Shown: positions 36,661 to 45,432 of the stretch, in pieces
Layout of the letters: each line of letters opens with the position of its first letter
Position numbering within the stretch: position 1 is the stretch's first letter
NCBI GenBank assembly: GCA_963615565.1
Contig: CAVEGR010000079.1
Location: 1 to 54,319, forward strand
Length of the DNA: 54,319 nt
From: Phocaeicola massiliensis
GTDB lineage: Bacteria; Spirochaetota; Spirochaetia; Sphaerochaetales; Sphaerochaetaceae
Direction: 5' to 3'
The notes under the pieces: generated by a model
Database searches by the model: none
The model's input: the letters and a program-made list of their open reading frames with translations, nothing else
What the model was told of the DNA's origin: nothing
Made by a program: the position numbers and the translations under genes

Positions 36661-38490
36661 TCAATACTTTGCATAAAGAGGACCTAGAGCCTGACAAGCT
36701 CTGTAGTCCTGTCCTTCTTTGTCTTCACCAAAGGCATTCCAGTAACTTGGCCTGAAGATATCTTCTTCTGGTACGTTATGCATGCACACAGGAATTCTAA
36801 GCATGGAGCATAGAGTAATAATGTCAGCTCCCACATGCCCATAAGCAATAGCTCCGTGATTGGCTCCCCAGTTATTCATAACAGAATAAACATCCTTAAA
36901 AGCACCTTTTCCTGTAAGTCTTGGGGCAAAATAGGTGCTTGGCCAAGTTGGGTCTGTTCTTGCAGCAATCTTTTCATGTACTTCTAAAGGAAGATCACAG
37001 GTCCAGCCTTCTGCAATTTGCATTACAGGGCCAAGTCCTTTAATTATATTCAACCTAGTCATTGTGCAAGGCATTCCACCTCTAGAAAGGAAGCATGAAC
37101 TAAATCCACCCCCACGGAAATAAGGTCCGTTTGCAACTTCCCATTTGACATTCTTCATTGATTCAATGACATCTTCTTCTGTTATATTCCAGAATTCTTT
37201 TCCACAAGGATTGCCTTCACTATCAACCATGCGTCCTTCAGCATCAAGTGTTGTTGCACCACTATTTCTCAAATCAAGGAATCCATTCTTTGCAAGACCT
37301 TCAGGCTTCCAGCCAGTAACACGTTCACATGCTTCTGGGGACCAATAAGTTCTTACATCACTGAACATTGCTGGTTTATTGGTTATAAGCTTGCAGAAGA
37401 GCATTGCTGTGCCATTGCAGAAATCATTCTCTGTTGCCAAGACAAATGATTCTCTAATGCCATTCCAATCCCAAGAAGTATTAAGCATTGTTTCCATAAA
37501 GTCGCCGTTGCACCAGTGGTCTGTCCACTGTCTCTGACCCTGGAAACCTGCATAAAGTGCATTATGACCGTTGCCTTCTTCTGGATATCCCATCTCCTTA
37601 AGTTTTGGGTTTCCAATCATGAGGTCTCTACCAATCATGGCCATCTTGACGCAGAATTCCCAATCCTTCTTTCTCTGCTCTTCACTTCTTGCCCAGCTAC
37701 CGGTATTAACTTTATCTGGAGCCTCAATGCAGTATTCGTGAACCCAATCCATTGCCTTTTTAAATTCTTCTGGATCGTAGATTCCCTCTTCAATTCTTCT
37801 CTCAATTTCGCACATATCTATGGCTTCTGTGCCCATTCCAAGGTATGCTTGCAAGAAATCTTGGTCTACAATAGAACCGGCAATACCCATTGCGCAGCCA
37901 CCCATGGAAAGATAATTCTTTCCTCTCATTGTAACGGCAGCCAAAGCAACTCTAGCAAAACGCAGAATCTTGTCTTTTACATCTTCAGGAATTACATAAT
38001 CATCCTTATCCTGAACATCACGTCCATAAATTCCAAATGCAGGAAGACCTTTCTGTGAATATGCTGCAAGAGCACAAGCAAGATAGACAGCACCTGGTCT
38101 TTCAGTTCCATTTAACCCCCAGACTGCCTTGATAGTATGAGGATCATGGTCTATTGTTTCAGTTCCGTAGCACCAGCAAGGAGTAACAGAAAGGGTTATT
38201 GCAACACCTTCTTTCTTGAACTTCTCAGCACAAGCTGCAGCTTCTGCAACTCCACCAATAGTGGTATCAGCAATGACACACTCTAGAGGTACGCCATTAG
38301 AATGTCTAACATTCTCAGAAATGAGCTTTGCAGCATTCTGCGCCATTTTCATGGTTTGCTCTTCAAGTGACTCTCTAACCCCTTTTTGTCTTCCGTCAAT
38401 TACTGGGCGAATTCCAAGCTTTGGTAAATCTCCTTTATACCTAAACTCTGAACCAACATTTCTAATTGTAGATTCTTTTTTGTTTGCCAT
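36661..38490 (-). CDS. fucI: L-fucose isomerase
   Basis: 609 aa; the N-terminus [26 protein letters not shown] is characteristic of FucI. Confidence 0.95.
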   Translation of the reverse strand: MANKKESTIRNVGSEFRYKGDLPKLGIRPVIDGRQKGVRESLEEQTMKMAQNAAKLISENVRHSNGVPLECVIADTTIGGVAEAAACAEKFKKEGVAITLSVTPCWCYGTETIDHDPHTIKAVWGLNGTERPGAVYLACALAAYSQKGLPAFGIYGRDVQDKDDYVIPEDVKDKILRFARVALAAVTMRGKNYLSMGGCAMGIAGSIVDQDFLQAYLGMGTEAIDMCEIERRIEEGIYDPEEFKKAMDWVHEYCIEAPDKVNTGSWARSEEQRKKDWEFCVKMAMIGRDLMIGNPKLKEMGYPEEGNGHNALYAGFQGQRQWTDHWCNGDFMETMLNTSWDWNGIRESFVLATENDFCNGTAMLFCKLITNKPAMFSDVRTYWSPEACERVTGWKPEGLAKNGFLDLRNSGATTLDAEGRMVDSEGNPCGKEFWNITEEDVIESMKNVKWEVANGPYFRGGGFSSCFLSRGGMPCTMTRLNIIKGLGPVMQIAEGWTCDLPLEVHEKIAARTDPTWPSTYFAPRLTGKGAFKDVYSVMNNWGANHGAIAYGHVGADIITLCSMLRIPVCMHNVPEEDIFRPSYWNAFGEDKEGQDYRACQALGPLYAKY

Positions 38491-38517
38491 AACTATTCTC
38501 CCATGGTAAGATTTTTA

Positions 38518-38531
38518 TGTAAACGTTTACA
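38518..38531. promoter_or_regulatory. Candidate LacI-family operator O1 (perfect palindrome TGTAAACGTTTACA)
   Basis: Fits the LacI/GalR operator shape TGnAAnCGnTTnCA. It lies in the 112-bp divergent fucI/fucU intergenic region. Confidence 0.55.
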
Positions 38532-38555
38532 TTGTTCCATGTATGAGTATCTCAC

Positions 38556-38569
38556 AGTAAACGGTTACA
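38556..38569. promoter_or_regulatory. Candidate LacI-family operator O2 (AGTAAACGGTTACA)
   Basis: Two mismatches from O1. It lies 34 nt upstream of the fucU ATG. Confidence 0.45.
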
Positions 38570-38602
38570 CGCAAGCTTTTTTTATTTTTAAGGAGGATAA
38601 AA

Positions 38603-39034
38603 ATGTTAAAAGGAATTCCATCAATATTAGCACCGGAGCTTTTAAAGATCCTAATGGAAATGGGACACGGTGATGAAATTGTTATTGGAGATGGTAACTT
38701 CCCAGCTGCAAACTATGCTAGGAATCTTATCAGATTAGATGGCCACGGTGCAAAAGAGGTTTTAGAGGCAGTTTTAAAGCTAATGCCTCTAGATACATAT
38801 GCACCAAACGTTATTCTTATGCAGAAAATGAACTGTGATAAGGACTTAGAAATTCCAATTTGGAAAGATTTTAAAGAAATTGCACAAAATGGTGACAGTG
38901 GCTTTAAAGGTTTAGAATATATTGACAGATTTGATTTCTATGAACGAGCAAAGAAAGCTTATGCTGTCATTGCAACAGGAGAAACAAGCATTTACGCTAA
39001 TGTAATTCTCAAAAAAGGAGTTGTTTCACAATAA
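38603..39034 (+). CDS. fucU: L-fucose mutarotase (RbsD/FucU family)
   Basis: 143 aa with the motif MGHGDEIVIGDGNFPA. AAGGAGG lies upstream. Confidence 0.85.
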   Translation: MLKGIPSILAPELLKILMEMGHGDEIVIGDGNFPAANYARNLIRLDGHGAKEVLEAVLKLMPLDTYAPNVILMQKMNCDKDLEIPIWKDFKEIAQNGDSGFKGLEYIDRFDFYERAKKAYAVIATGETSIYANVILKKGVVSQ

Positions 39035-39141
39035 ATTTACAGCAGATTCTCAGCAAAAAAACTTATACTGACCAAAAATTTCAGTATGCGCCTCTATATA
39101 TATGGGGACAAAAAACAGATGAGAAGAAAAAGAAAATAAAA

Positions 39142-39155
39142 TGTAAACGTTTACT
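39142..39155. promoter_or_regulatory. Candidate LacI-family operator O3 (TGTAAACGTTTACT)
   Basis: One mismatch from O1. It abuts the putative -35 of the ABC transporter promoter. Confidence 0.5.
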
Positions 39156-39163
39156 TTTTTTCC

Positions 39164-39193
39164 TTGACAACTGCAATTTTGTGAAGTGATAAT
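39164..39193 (+). promoter_or_regulatory. Putative sigma-70 promoter of the fucose-linked ABC operon
   Basis: TTGACA (39164-39169), an 18-nt spacer, then GATAAT (39188-39193). Confidence 0.4.
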
Positions 39194-39252
39194 TCATATA
39201 TGGGCTGTTCGCCCATGTTTCATACCAAATGAAAAAAAAGGAGAACAAGTGT

Positions 39253-40332
39253 ATGAAGAAAGCGACGATGATTCTTTTGTTTGCTTTAATTGCCGTAAGT
39301 TTGGTTTTTGCCCAAGGTGCACAAGAAAGCCAAAAAGTGGAAAAGATCAAAGTGGGTGCTCTTATTAGGAATCTCAACGAAACTTTTGTAAGAGACTACA
39401 CAGACAACCTCAAGGTTCTTGCTGAAAAAGCAGGAGTTGACTTAAACGTACAGGATGCCAACAGTGACGTTGATAAACAGCTCACACAGCTTCAGACCCT
39501 CATCTCTCAGGGTTACAAGTATTTTGTAATCATTCCACAAGATACTTCTGCAACAGAACAGATGTGTGAATTGATTAATGCCGTTGGTGGTGCTGCTGCA
39601 TTCTCAAATATTCAGCCATCTGTTGCTGCTCTCAAAGTTGGAAAGAACTTCTTCTTAGCTTCTTCTCCAGAACAGGTTGCAGGTCAATATCAGGCAGAGA
39701 TTGCTATTGAATACTTCACAAAGTATCCAGAAAAAGCTCCAAACAAGACTATTAACGTCCTGTATCTCAACGGACAGCTTGGACACCCGGCACAGGTAAA
39801 CAGAAGAGCTGGTTTTGTAAATACACTCGAGTCAAAGGGTTGGACAGTAAACTTTGTTGCTGAAGACACAGCAAACTGGGGTGCTGAACAGGCACAGCAG
39901 AAAATGGATGCTTGGGTTACAGCATTTGATGGCAAGTACAATCTTGTTGTAGCACAGAATGATGACATGGCACTTGGTGCAATTGAATCTCTCATCCAGA
40001 ACGGAAAAGTAAAATCAGACACTTCTGATGGCACAAGATTGTTGGTCCCAGTCCTTGGTGTTGACGCAACAGCAACTGGTTGTGCTTCAATTGACAGAAA
40101 GGAAATGTATGCAACAGTCTTACAGGATGCTATTGGCCAGAGCACAACAGCATTTGAGATTGTTCTTAACATTGCAAAGGGAAATTCTCCTGACGGCTTT
40201 GTCGCTGGTGGAATTGCTCCAGCAACTGCAACAATTGATGAAGAGCCAGCAAATGATCCAGCTATCATTTCTCAGTGCTATTTGGTTCCATTCAAACCAG
40301 TTACAATGGAAAACTATAAGGATTATCTATAA
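39253..40332 (+). CDS. Sugar ABC transporter substrate-binding protein (CUT2, ribose/galactose-binding fold)
   Basis: ATG 39253 (MKKATMILLFALIAVSLVFAQGAQES) is preceded by AAGGAG; the track start 39229 is less likely. Confidence 0.85.
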   Translation: MKKATMILLFALIAVSLVFAQGAQESQKVEKIKVGALIRNLNETFVRDYTDNLKVLAEKAGVDLNVQDANSDVDKQLTQLQTLISQGYKYFVIIPQDTSATEQMCELINAVGGAAAFSNIQPSVAALKVGKNFFLASSPEQVAGQYQAEIAIEYFTKYPEKAPNKTINVLYLNGQLGHPAQVNRRAGFVNTLESKGWTVNFVAEDTANWGAEQAQQKMDAWVTAFDGKYNLVVAQNDDMALGAIESLIQNGKVKSDTSDGTRLLVPVLGVDATATGCASIDRKEMYATVLQDAIGQSTTAFEIVLNIAKGNSPDGFVAGGIAPATATIDEEPANDPAIISQCYLVPFKPVTMENYKDYL

Positions 40333-40359
40333 GCCTTATCTAGGTAATTTAGTTACTAT

Positions 40360-40396
40360 GCGAGTTGGTCTTGTACCAGCTCGCATTATAGTTTTT
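40360..40396 (+). terminator. Stem-loop with a T-rich tail after the binding-protein gene (attenuator)
   Basis: 10-bp stem GCGAGTTGGT / ACCAGCTCGC (40360-40384), followed by ATTATAGTTTTTC. Confidence 0.5.
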
Positions 40397-40460
40397 CTTT
40401 ATTTTGCAAAGAGTTTGAAACTTGCAAGGTCATTGCAAAATAGGGAAAAAGGAGAAAGCA

Positions 40461-41966
40461 GTGGAAGAAAAATATGCTATTGAGATGCTAGACATCACAA
40501 AGCGGTTTCCAGGTGTTTTAGCTCTAGACAATGTAACCTTTAGAGTAAAACCTGGCACAGTACATGCCCTTATGGGAGAAAATGGTGCTGGTAAATCAAC
40601 CCTGATGAAATGTTTGTTTGGCATTTACAAAGAAGACAACGGAATTGTGAAAGTCAATGGACAAGAATGTCATTTTGCTGGCTCTCATGATGCATTAAAA
40701 GCTGGTGTTTCAATGATTCACCAAGAGCTTTCAAATGTCCCTGAAAGGACTGTAGCAGAAAATATGTGGTTAGGAAGAGAGCCATTGAACAAATTTGGCT
40801 TGATAGACCATAAAAAGATGCTAGAAGACACAGAGAAAGTTCTAACTAATCTGAGCATGAAAGTAGATCCAAAGATGAAAATGAAAAATCTTTCAATTTC
40901 TAATCAGCAGGCCTGCGAAATTGCAAAAGCTGTTAGCTACAATTCCTCTGTAGTTGTAATGGACGAGCCAACAAGTTCGCTTACAGAGAATGAAGTTGAT
41001 CACCTTTTTGAAATCATAAACAACCTAAGAGAAAAAGGCGTTGCAATAGTTTACATTTCTCACAAAATGGAAGAAATCTTCAAAATTTCTGATTACGTTT
41101 CTGTTATGCGTGACGGTAAAATGATTGGATCCTGGCCCATTTGTGAGATGACAACGGATAAACTTATATCATACATGGTTGGAAGAGAGTCTACACAAAG
41201 GTTCCCTGACGTTCCTCCTTGTACTTCTGAAGAAGTTACATTGAAGGTTTCAGGCCTTTCTTCACCTAATCCACGTTCTTTTAAAAATGTTTCATTAGAG
41301 TTACATAAAGGAGAAATCCTTGGAATAGGTGGTCTTGTTGGTGCACAGAGAACGGAATTTGTAGAAGCAATTTTTGGTGTTAGAGACATATCTGAAGGAG
41401 AAGTTTATGTCAAAGGGAAAAGAGTTTTAAAACTAACACCTAGAAATTTAATTGCAGAAGGCGTAGGATTTGTTACTGAAGATAGAAGAGGCAGTGGAAT
41501 TTTCCCTCTTCTTTCTATAACTAAGAACACATCAATTGCTTCTTTGTCAAACTACAAAAATAACGTCAAATTACTGGATCATAAACGCATAAACAATGAT
41601 GCAGAAAAGTATAATTCAACTCTTAAAACCAAAACTCCATCTATGGATACTCTTATTCAAAATCTATCTGGAGGAAACCAGCAAAAGGTAATTCTTTCAA
41701 GATGGCTTATGACTGTTCCAGATATTCTAATCATGGACGAGCCAACTAGAGGAATTGATGTAGGTGCTAAATTTGAAATCTACACAATTATGAGCGAATT
41801 AGTTAAGAACGGGAAATCCATCATCATGATTTCAAGTGAAATGCCTGAACTCATTGGAATGAGTCATAGAATAATGGTTCTTTGTGAAGGAAATCATACA
41901 GGCACGCTTGAGCATGATGAAATTAGCCAAGAAGCAATTATGCGACTAGCAACACAATTTTGCTAA
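40461..41966 (+). CDS. Sugar ABC transporter ATP-binding protein with duplicated ATPase domains
   Basis: Walker A GENGAGKST and signature LSGGNQQK. GTG 40461 is preceded by AAAGGAGAAA and aligns with the MglA paralogue N-terminus (KYAIEMLDITKRF vs EFLLEMRDVCKAF). ATG 40485 is an alternative start. Confidence 0.88.
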   Translation: MEEKYAIEMLDITKRFPGVLALDNVTFRVKPGTVHALMGENGAGKSTLMKCLFGIYKEDNGIVKVNGQECHFAGSHDALKAGVSMIHQELSNVPERTVAENMWLGREPLNKFGLIDHKKMLEDTEKVLTNLSMKVDPKMKMKNLSISNQQACEIAKAVSYNSSVVVMDEPTSSLTENEVDHLFEIINNLREKGVAIVYISHKMEEIFKISDYVSVMRDGKMIGSWPICEMTTDKLISYMVGRESTQRFPDVPPCTSEEVTLKVSGLSSPNPRSFKNVSLELHKGEILGIGGLVGAQRTEFVEAIFGVRDISEGEVYVKGKRVLKLTPRNLIAEGVGFVTEDRRGSGIFPLLSITKNTSIASLSNYKNNVKLLDHKRINNDAEKYNSTLKTKTPSMDTLIQNLSGGNQQKVILSRWLMTVPDILIMDEPTRGIDVGAKFEIYTIMSELVKNGKSIIMISSEMPELIGMSHRIMVLCEGNHTGTLEHDEISQEAIMRLATQFC

Positions 41967-41978
41967 AAAGGAGAGAAC

Positions 41979-42986
41979 ATGGACAAAAAAAATAACGCAA
42001 GGATGAGTTTAACCAAAGTAAAGGATTTTTCTTCAAAATATACAAGTTATATTACTTTTGTTGCCCTTTTTTTGTTTCTTGCTATTTTAACAAATGGTGG
42101 GACTCTTCAATGGCCTTCAATTAAAAACTTAATAGTTGCAGAATCAGTTAGAGTTTTTGCAGCATTAGGTGTTGGCATGATTATAATTACACGAGGAATA
42201 GACCTTTCCCTTGGAGCTATTGTTTGTCTATCTGCCTCTGTTGCTGCCTCATTCGCACAAACTGTTGATTATTCAAGTGCAATGTATCCAGGAAAAGAAT
42301 TTGCTCTAATTATTCCTATTGTAGCAGGTATCTTGACTGGAACTCTTTTTGGCCTTGTAAACGGATGGCTTATAGCTTATGGAAAGCTTCCTCCATTTAT
42401 TGCAACACTTGGAACAAAATCTATTGCTACAGGACTTCAGTTGTTGTATACACATGCAGCTGTTGTAGGTTCGCTTAAGAAAGAATACAAACAAATCTCT
42501 CAAGGAAATTTGTTTGGAACTTTCCCATATCTTGGAATTTATATCATAATCATAGCTATTATTGTCTGGATTATTTTGCGCCATACAAAGTTTGGTTCTA
42601 GCTTATATGCAATTGGCGGAAACTCACAAGCAGCTAGAGTCTCTGGTATAAGCGTTGAAAAGAATCTTCTTCTAGTCTACACAATTGCTGGTTTCCTGTA
42701 CGGTATAGCTGGAGTTCTTCAAAGTGCTAGAGTTGGTCTTGCAAACTCCTTGACCGCATCCAACATGGAACTTGATGCTATTGCAGCGGTAACCGTTGGT
42801 GGTGTTTCTCAAAGTGGTGGCGTTGGAACTATTGGCGGAATGATGATAGGTGTCTTCATCATGGGACTTATTAACTATGGAATGACATATTTAGCAATAG
42901 ATTCATACTGGCAACAAATTGTAAAAGGCCTTATAATCGTCGTTGCAGTCTACATGGATATGAAGAAGTACGCTAGACGCGGATAA
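41979..42986 (+). CDS. Sugar ABC transporter permease (CUT2)
   Basis: 335 aa hydrophobic protein with the PPFIATLGTK block shared with MglC. Confidence 0.9.
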   Translation: MDKKNNARMSLTKVKDFSSKYTSYITFVALFLFLAILTNGGTLQWPSIKNLIVAESVRVFAALGVGMIIITRGIDLSLGAIVCLSASVAASFAQTVDYSSAMYPGKEFALIIPIVAGILTGTLFGLVNGWLIAYGKLPPFIATLGTKSIATGLQLLYTHAAVVGSLKKEYKQISQGNLFGTFPYLGIYIIIIAIIVWIILRHTKFGSSLYAIGGNSQAARVSGISVEKNLLLVYTIAGFLYGIAGVLQSARVGLANSLTASNMELDAIAAVTVGGVSQSGGVGTIGGMMIGVFIMGLINYGMTYLAIDSYWQQIVKGLIIVVAVYMDMKKYARRG

Positions 42987-43063
42987 AATAATATTGGTTT
43001 TAAAAACCCCTTAAAAGGTTTTAGAAACCTCCTGACAGATTTGCAAAGGATTCTTTCTTTATT

Positions 43064-44137
43064 ATGGCTACAATCAAAGATGTTGCATCTCTATCAAATG
43101 TTTCAACCGCTACAGTTTCACGAGTTCTTAATGGACAAACTGTAAGTAATAAAACAAAGATAAAAGTTAAACGAGCAATGGAGCAACTTGGTTATACTCA
43201 AAACCAAGCTGCTCGTGCGCTTAAAACAAAGACTACAAAAACTGTAGGCGTTCTTGTTCCTGAACTTGGTACAACTTTTTTTCTTTACATAGTTGAGAAA
43301 ATGGAAGCTATTTTAGCTGAACATGGTTATTCCATGATGCTATGTTCCTCTAATGGTTCTTTAGAAAGAGAAAAAGAAAAACTCCAAATTTTACTAAACA
43401 GGAACGTTGATGCATTAGTAGTAATCCCTGTCAGCGATGTAGGTGAACACTTTGTAATTGCAAAGAACACAGGAATTCCTTTAATTATAGTAGACAGACG
43501 TTTGCCAGGTGTTGCACTTGACTCTGTCCACACAGATGGTATTTGGGGAACCAAAGAAGTTGTAAAAGCACTCATAAAAGAGGGCCATACTCGCATTGGT
43601 TTCCTTGGTGGTAGTGATCACATTCCTACTGCTTTAGAACGATATCAAGGATATTTGGAAGCATTTAGAGAAATGAATCTTCCAGTTGACCAAAGTTTTA
43701 TATTTTTTGGTGAGATGACTGAAAGAGGAGGTTGGAATTTAATGAAAAAAGCTCTTTCAATGCCCAATTGTCCAGATGCCTTTTTTTGTGTAAACGATAA
43801 TACTCACTTAGGAGCCACTGCATACCTTTATGAAAAAGTTCCTGCAGAAGTCTATCAAAAAATAGTTTTTGGCACTTTTGACTTTTTGCGTTACTTCCCT
43901 CTTCTCAAGAACTGTCATTATTCAGTTTCTCAGCCACTGTCAGAAATTGGAAAGAAAGCAGCAGAACTTCTTCTAAAAAGACTTAGCGGAGATGTATCAG
44001 ATTTTCCTCAAGCAATCATCCTTAAACCAGAAATTATGATCTTTAAGCGAAACGGAGCTACTGTTTGTGATATAGAAGGATCCAAAACAGTTGCAGACAC
44101 TTCATACCCATACTTCACAAACGCCGTTTTTTCCTAA
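43064..44137 (+). CDS. LacI family transcriptional regulator
   Basis: N-terminal HTH MATIKDVASLSNVSTATVSRVLNG and a periplasmic-binding-like effector domain. Confidence 0.9.
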   Translation: MATIKDVASLSNVSTATVSRVLNGQTVSNKTKIKVKRAMEQLGYTQNQAARALKTKTTKTVGVLVPELGTTFFLYIVEKMEAILAEHGYSMMLCSSNGSLEREKEKLQILLNRNVDALVVIPVSDVGEHFVIAKNTGIPLIIVDRRLPGVALDSVHTDGIWGTKEVVKALIKEGHTRIGFLGGSDHIPTALERYQGYLEAFREMNLPVDQSFIFFGEMTERGGWNLMKKALSMPNCPDAFFCVNDNTHLGATAYLYEKVPAEVYQKIVFGTFDFLRYFPLLKNCHYSVSQPLSEIGKKAAELLLKRLSGDVSDFPQAIILKPEIMIFKRNGATVCDIEGSKTVADTSYPYFTNAVFS

Positions 44138-44244
44138 AGAACTACAAACACCATACTGCATATATACTCTTTTTTTAGATGTTGACAATAAAAGCCTTTC
44201 ACTATAAACCTACGTAAACTACAAAGTTGTACTGGAGAAAATGG

Positions 44245-44949
44245 ATGGCAGAAAGAGAGCTAACTTTAAAAGAAGGAATAGCAGATGGATTTCCAATATT
44301 CGTAGGCTACTTCACTACTGCCCTTGCATTTGGACTTCTCACAAGAACCAGCGGACTAAGATTCATAGAAGGAGTCTTGATAAGCATTACTAACTACTCC
44401 GGCTCTGGTCAGTTTCTCATGATGAACTTATACAATAGCGGTGCATTACTACTAGAGATTTGCATTTCCGTTCTTTTCATAAATACAAGATATCTGTTCA
44501 TGGCAAGTTCGCTTGTTGGACGACTTGAAAACCAAAATAGCATCCTGCTTAAGCTTGTATCTGGATTTGGCACAACAGATGAAGTTTTTGCTGTTGCATC
44601 TTTCAAAGGTTCAAAACTCAACATGCCATACATGTGTGGACTTGTATTTACATCATATATAGGTTGGGTTTTGGGAACAGCTGTTGGATATATAGCGGGA
44701 ACTTTTTTACCTGAAGTCTTGCAGAAGGCATCTGTCATAACGGTTTATGCCATGTTTGCATCGCTTCTTGGAGGAGAAACCCGCAAGCATGCCAAAACAA
44801 TTCTTGTCTTCTTATGCTCTGCGTCCATAAATTCTCTTCTGATACTTGGATTTTCCCTTTCAGTTGGAATCTCTTTTATAATCTCAATGATTGCAGCAAC
44901 CGCCTTTGGCACCTTCATCTATACAGATAGTGAGGCAGGTCTAGTATGA
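44245..44949 (+). CDS. azlC: AzlC family branched-chain amino acid transport protein
   Basis: GIADGFPIFVGYFTTALAFGLL and multiple TM spans. ATG 44245 follows GGAG; the track start 44227 is a TTG. Confidence 0.8.
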   Translation: MAERELTLKEGIADGFPIFVGYFTTALAFGLLTRTSGLRFIEGVLISITNYSGSGQFLMMNLYNSGALLLEICISVLFINTRYLFMASSLVGRLENQNSILLKLVSGFGTTDEVFAVASFKGSKLNMPYMCGLVFTSYIGWVLGTAVGYIAGTFLPEVLQKASVITVYAMFASLLGGETRKHAKTILVFLCSASINSLLILGFSLSVGISFIISMIAATAFGTFIYTDSEAGLV

Positions 44950-45251
44950 ATGTAATTAATATGATTCTGTTATGTGCAGTTGTAACAATGGTTCCAAGGA
45001 TTCTGCCACTATTTATGCCATTTCTTTCAAAACTTCCACGCTTTGTCAAAAAATGCATGATGCTTTTACCAATTGCTGCACTTGGCGCCCTTATTTTTCC
45101 TTTGGCGCTCACAGACTTTGACTCTCAATGGCTTGCAGGCCTACTAGGAGTGACAACAGCCTTTCTTGTCTCATACAAGAAAGGCTCAATGTTTATATCA
45201 ATTCTACTCGCTCTTGTTGCCACAGTAGCAACACTACTAGTTCTAGTTTAG
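44946..45251 (+). CDS. azlD: AzlD family branched-chain amino acid transport protein
   Basis: 101-aa hydrophobic protein with a 4-nt overlap with azlC. Confidence 0.75.
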   Translation: MNVINMILLCAVVTMVPRILPLFMPFLSKLPRFVKKCMMLLPIAALGALIFPLALTDFDSQWLAGLLGVTTAFLVSYKKGSMFISILLALVATVATLLVLV

Positions 45252-45260
45252 AGGTGCAAA

Positions 45261-45432
45261 TGAGCCGTGCAATTTTGTACGGCTCATCCTGTAATGACAT
45301 CGTAGCTCGCCAAAAGAAAGCTATTGCAAATAGCTTGATTTAGGATGAGATACTAGAAATAAAGGATGAGACAGTACATTTAGTACGGCTCATCCTGTAA
45401 TGACAACGTAGCTCGCCAAAAGGAAGCTATTT
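45261..45432. repeat. Imperfect direct duplication of about 65 bp (copies at about 45261-45326 and 45366-45432)
   Basis: Core of 49 nt: GTACGGCTCATCCTGTAATGACA(T/A)CGTAGCTCGCCAAAAG(A/G)AAGCTATT at 45277-45325 and 45383-45431, with 2 mismatches. Copy 2 overlaps the pmbA stop codon. Confidence 0.75.
45355..45395 (-). terminator. Probable Rho-independent terminator of pmbA
   Basis: On the - strand: GGATGAG-cc-GTAC taaat GTAC-tgt-CTCATCC followed by TTTATTTCT. Confidence 0.5.

Noticed and set aside
39081-39377. 98-aa - strand and 60-aa + strand ORFs across the fucU / binding-protein intergenic region
   Set aside because: They cover the predicted promoter, the operator and the signal-peptide region of the binding-protein gene. 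They are better explained as non-coding control DNA.
45128-45343. 71-aa + strand ORF overlapping azlD and the duplicated module
   Set aside because: It is out of frame with azlD and runs through hairpin and repeat sequence, with no ribosome-binding site.
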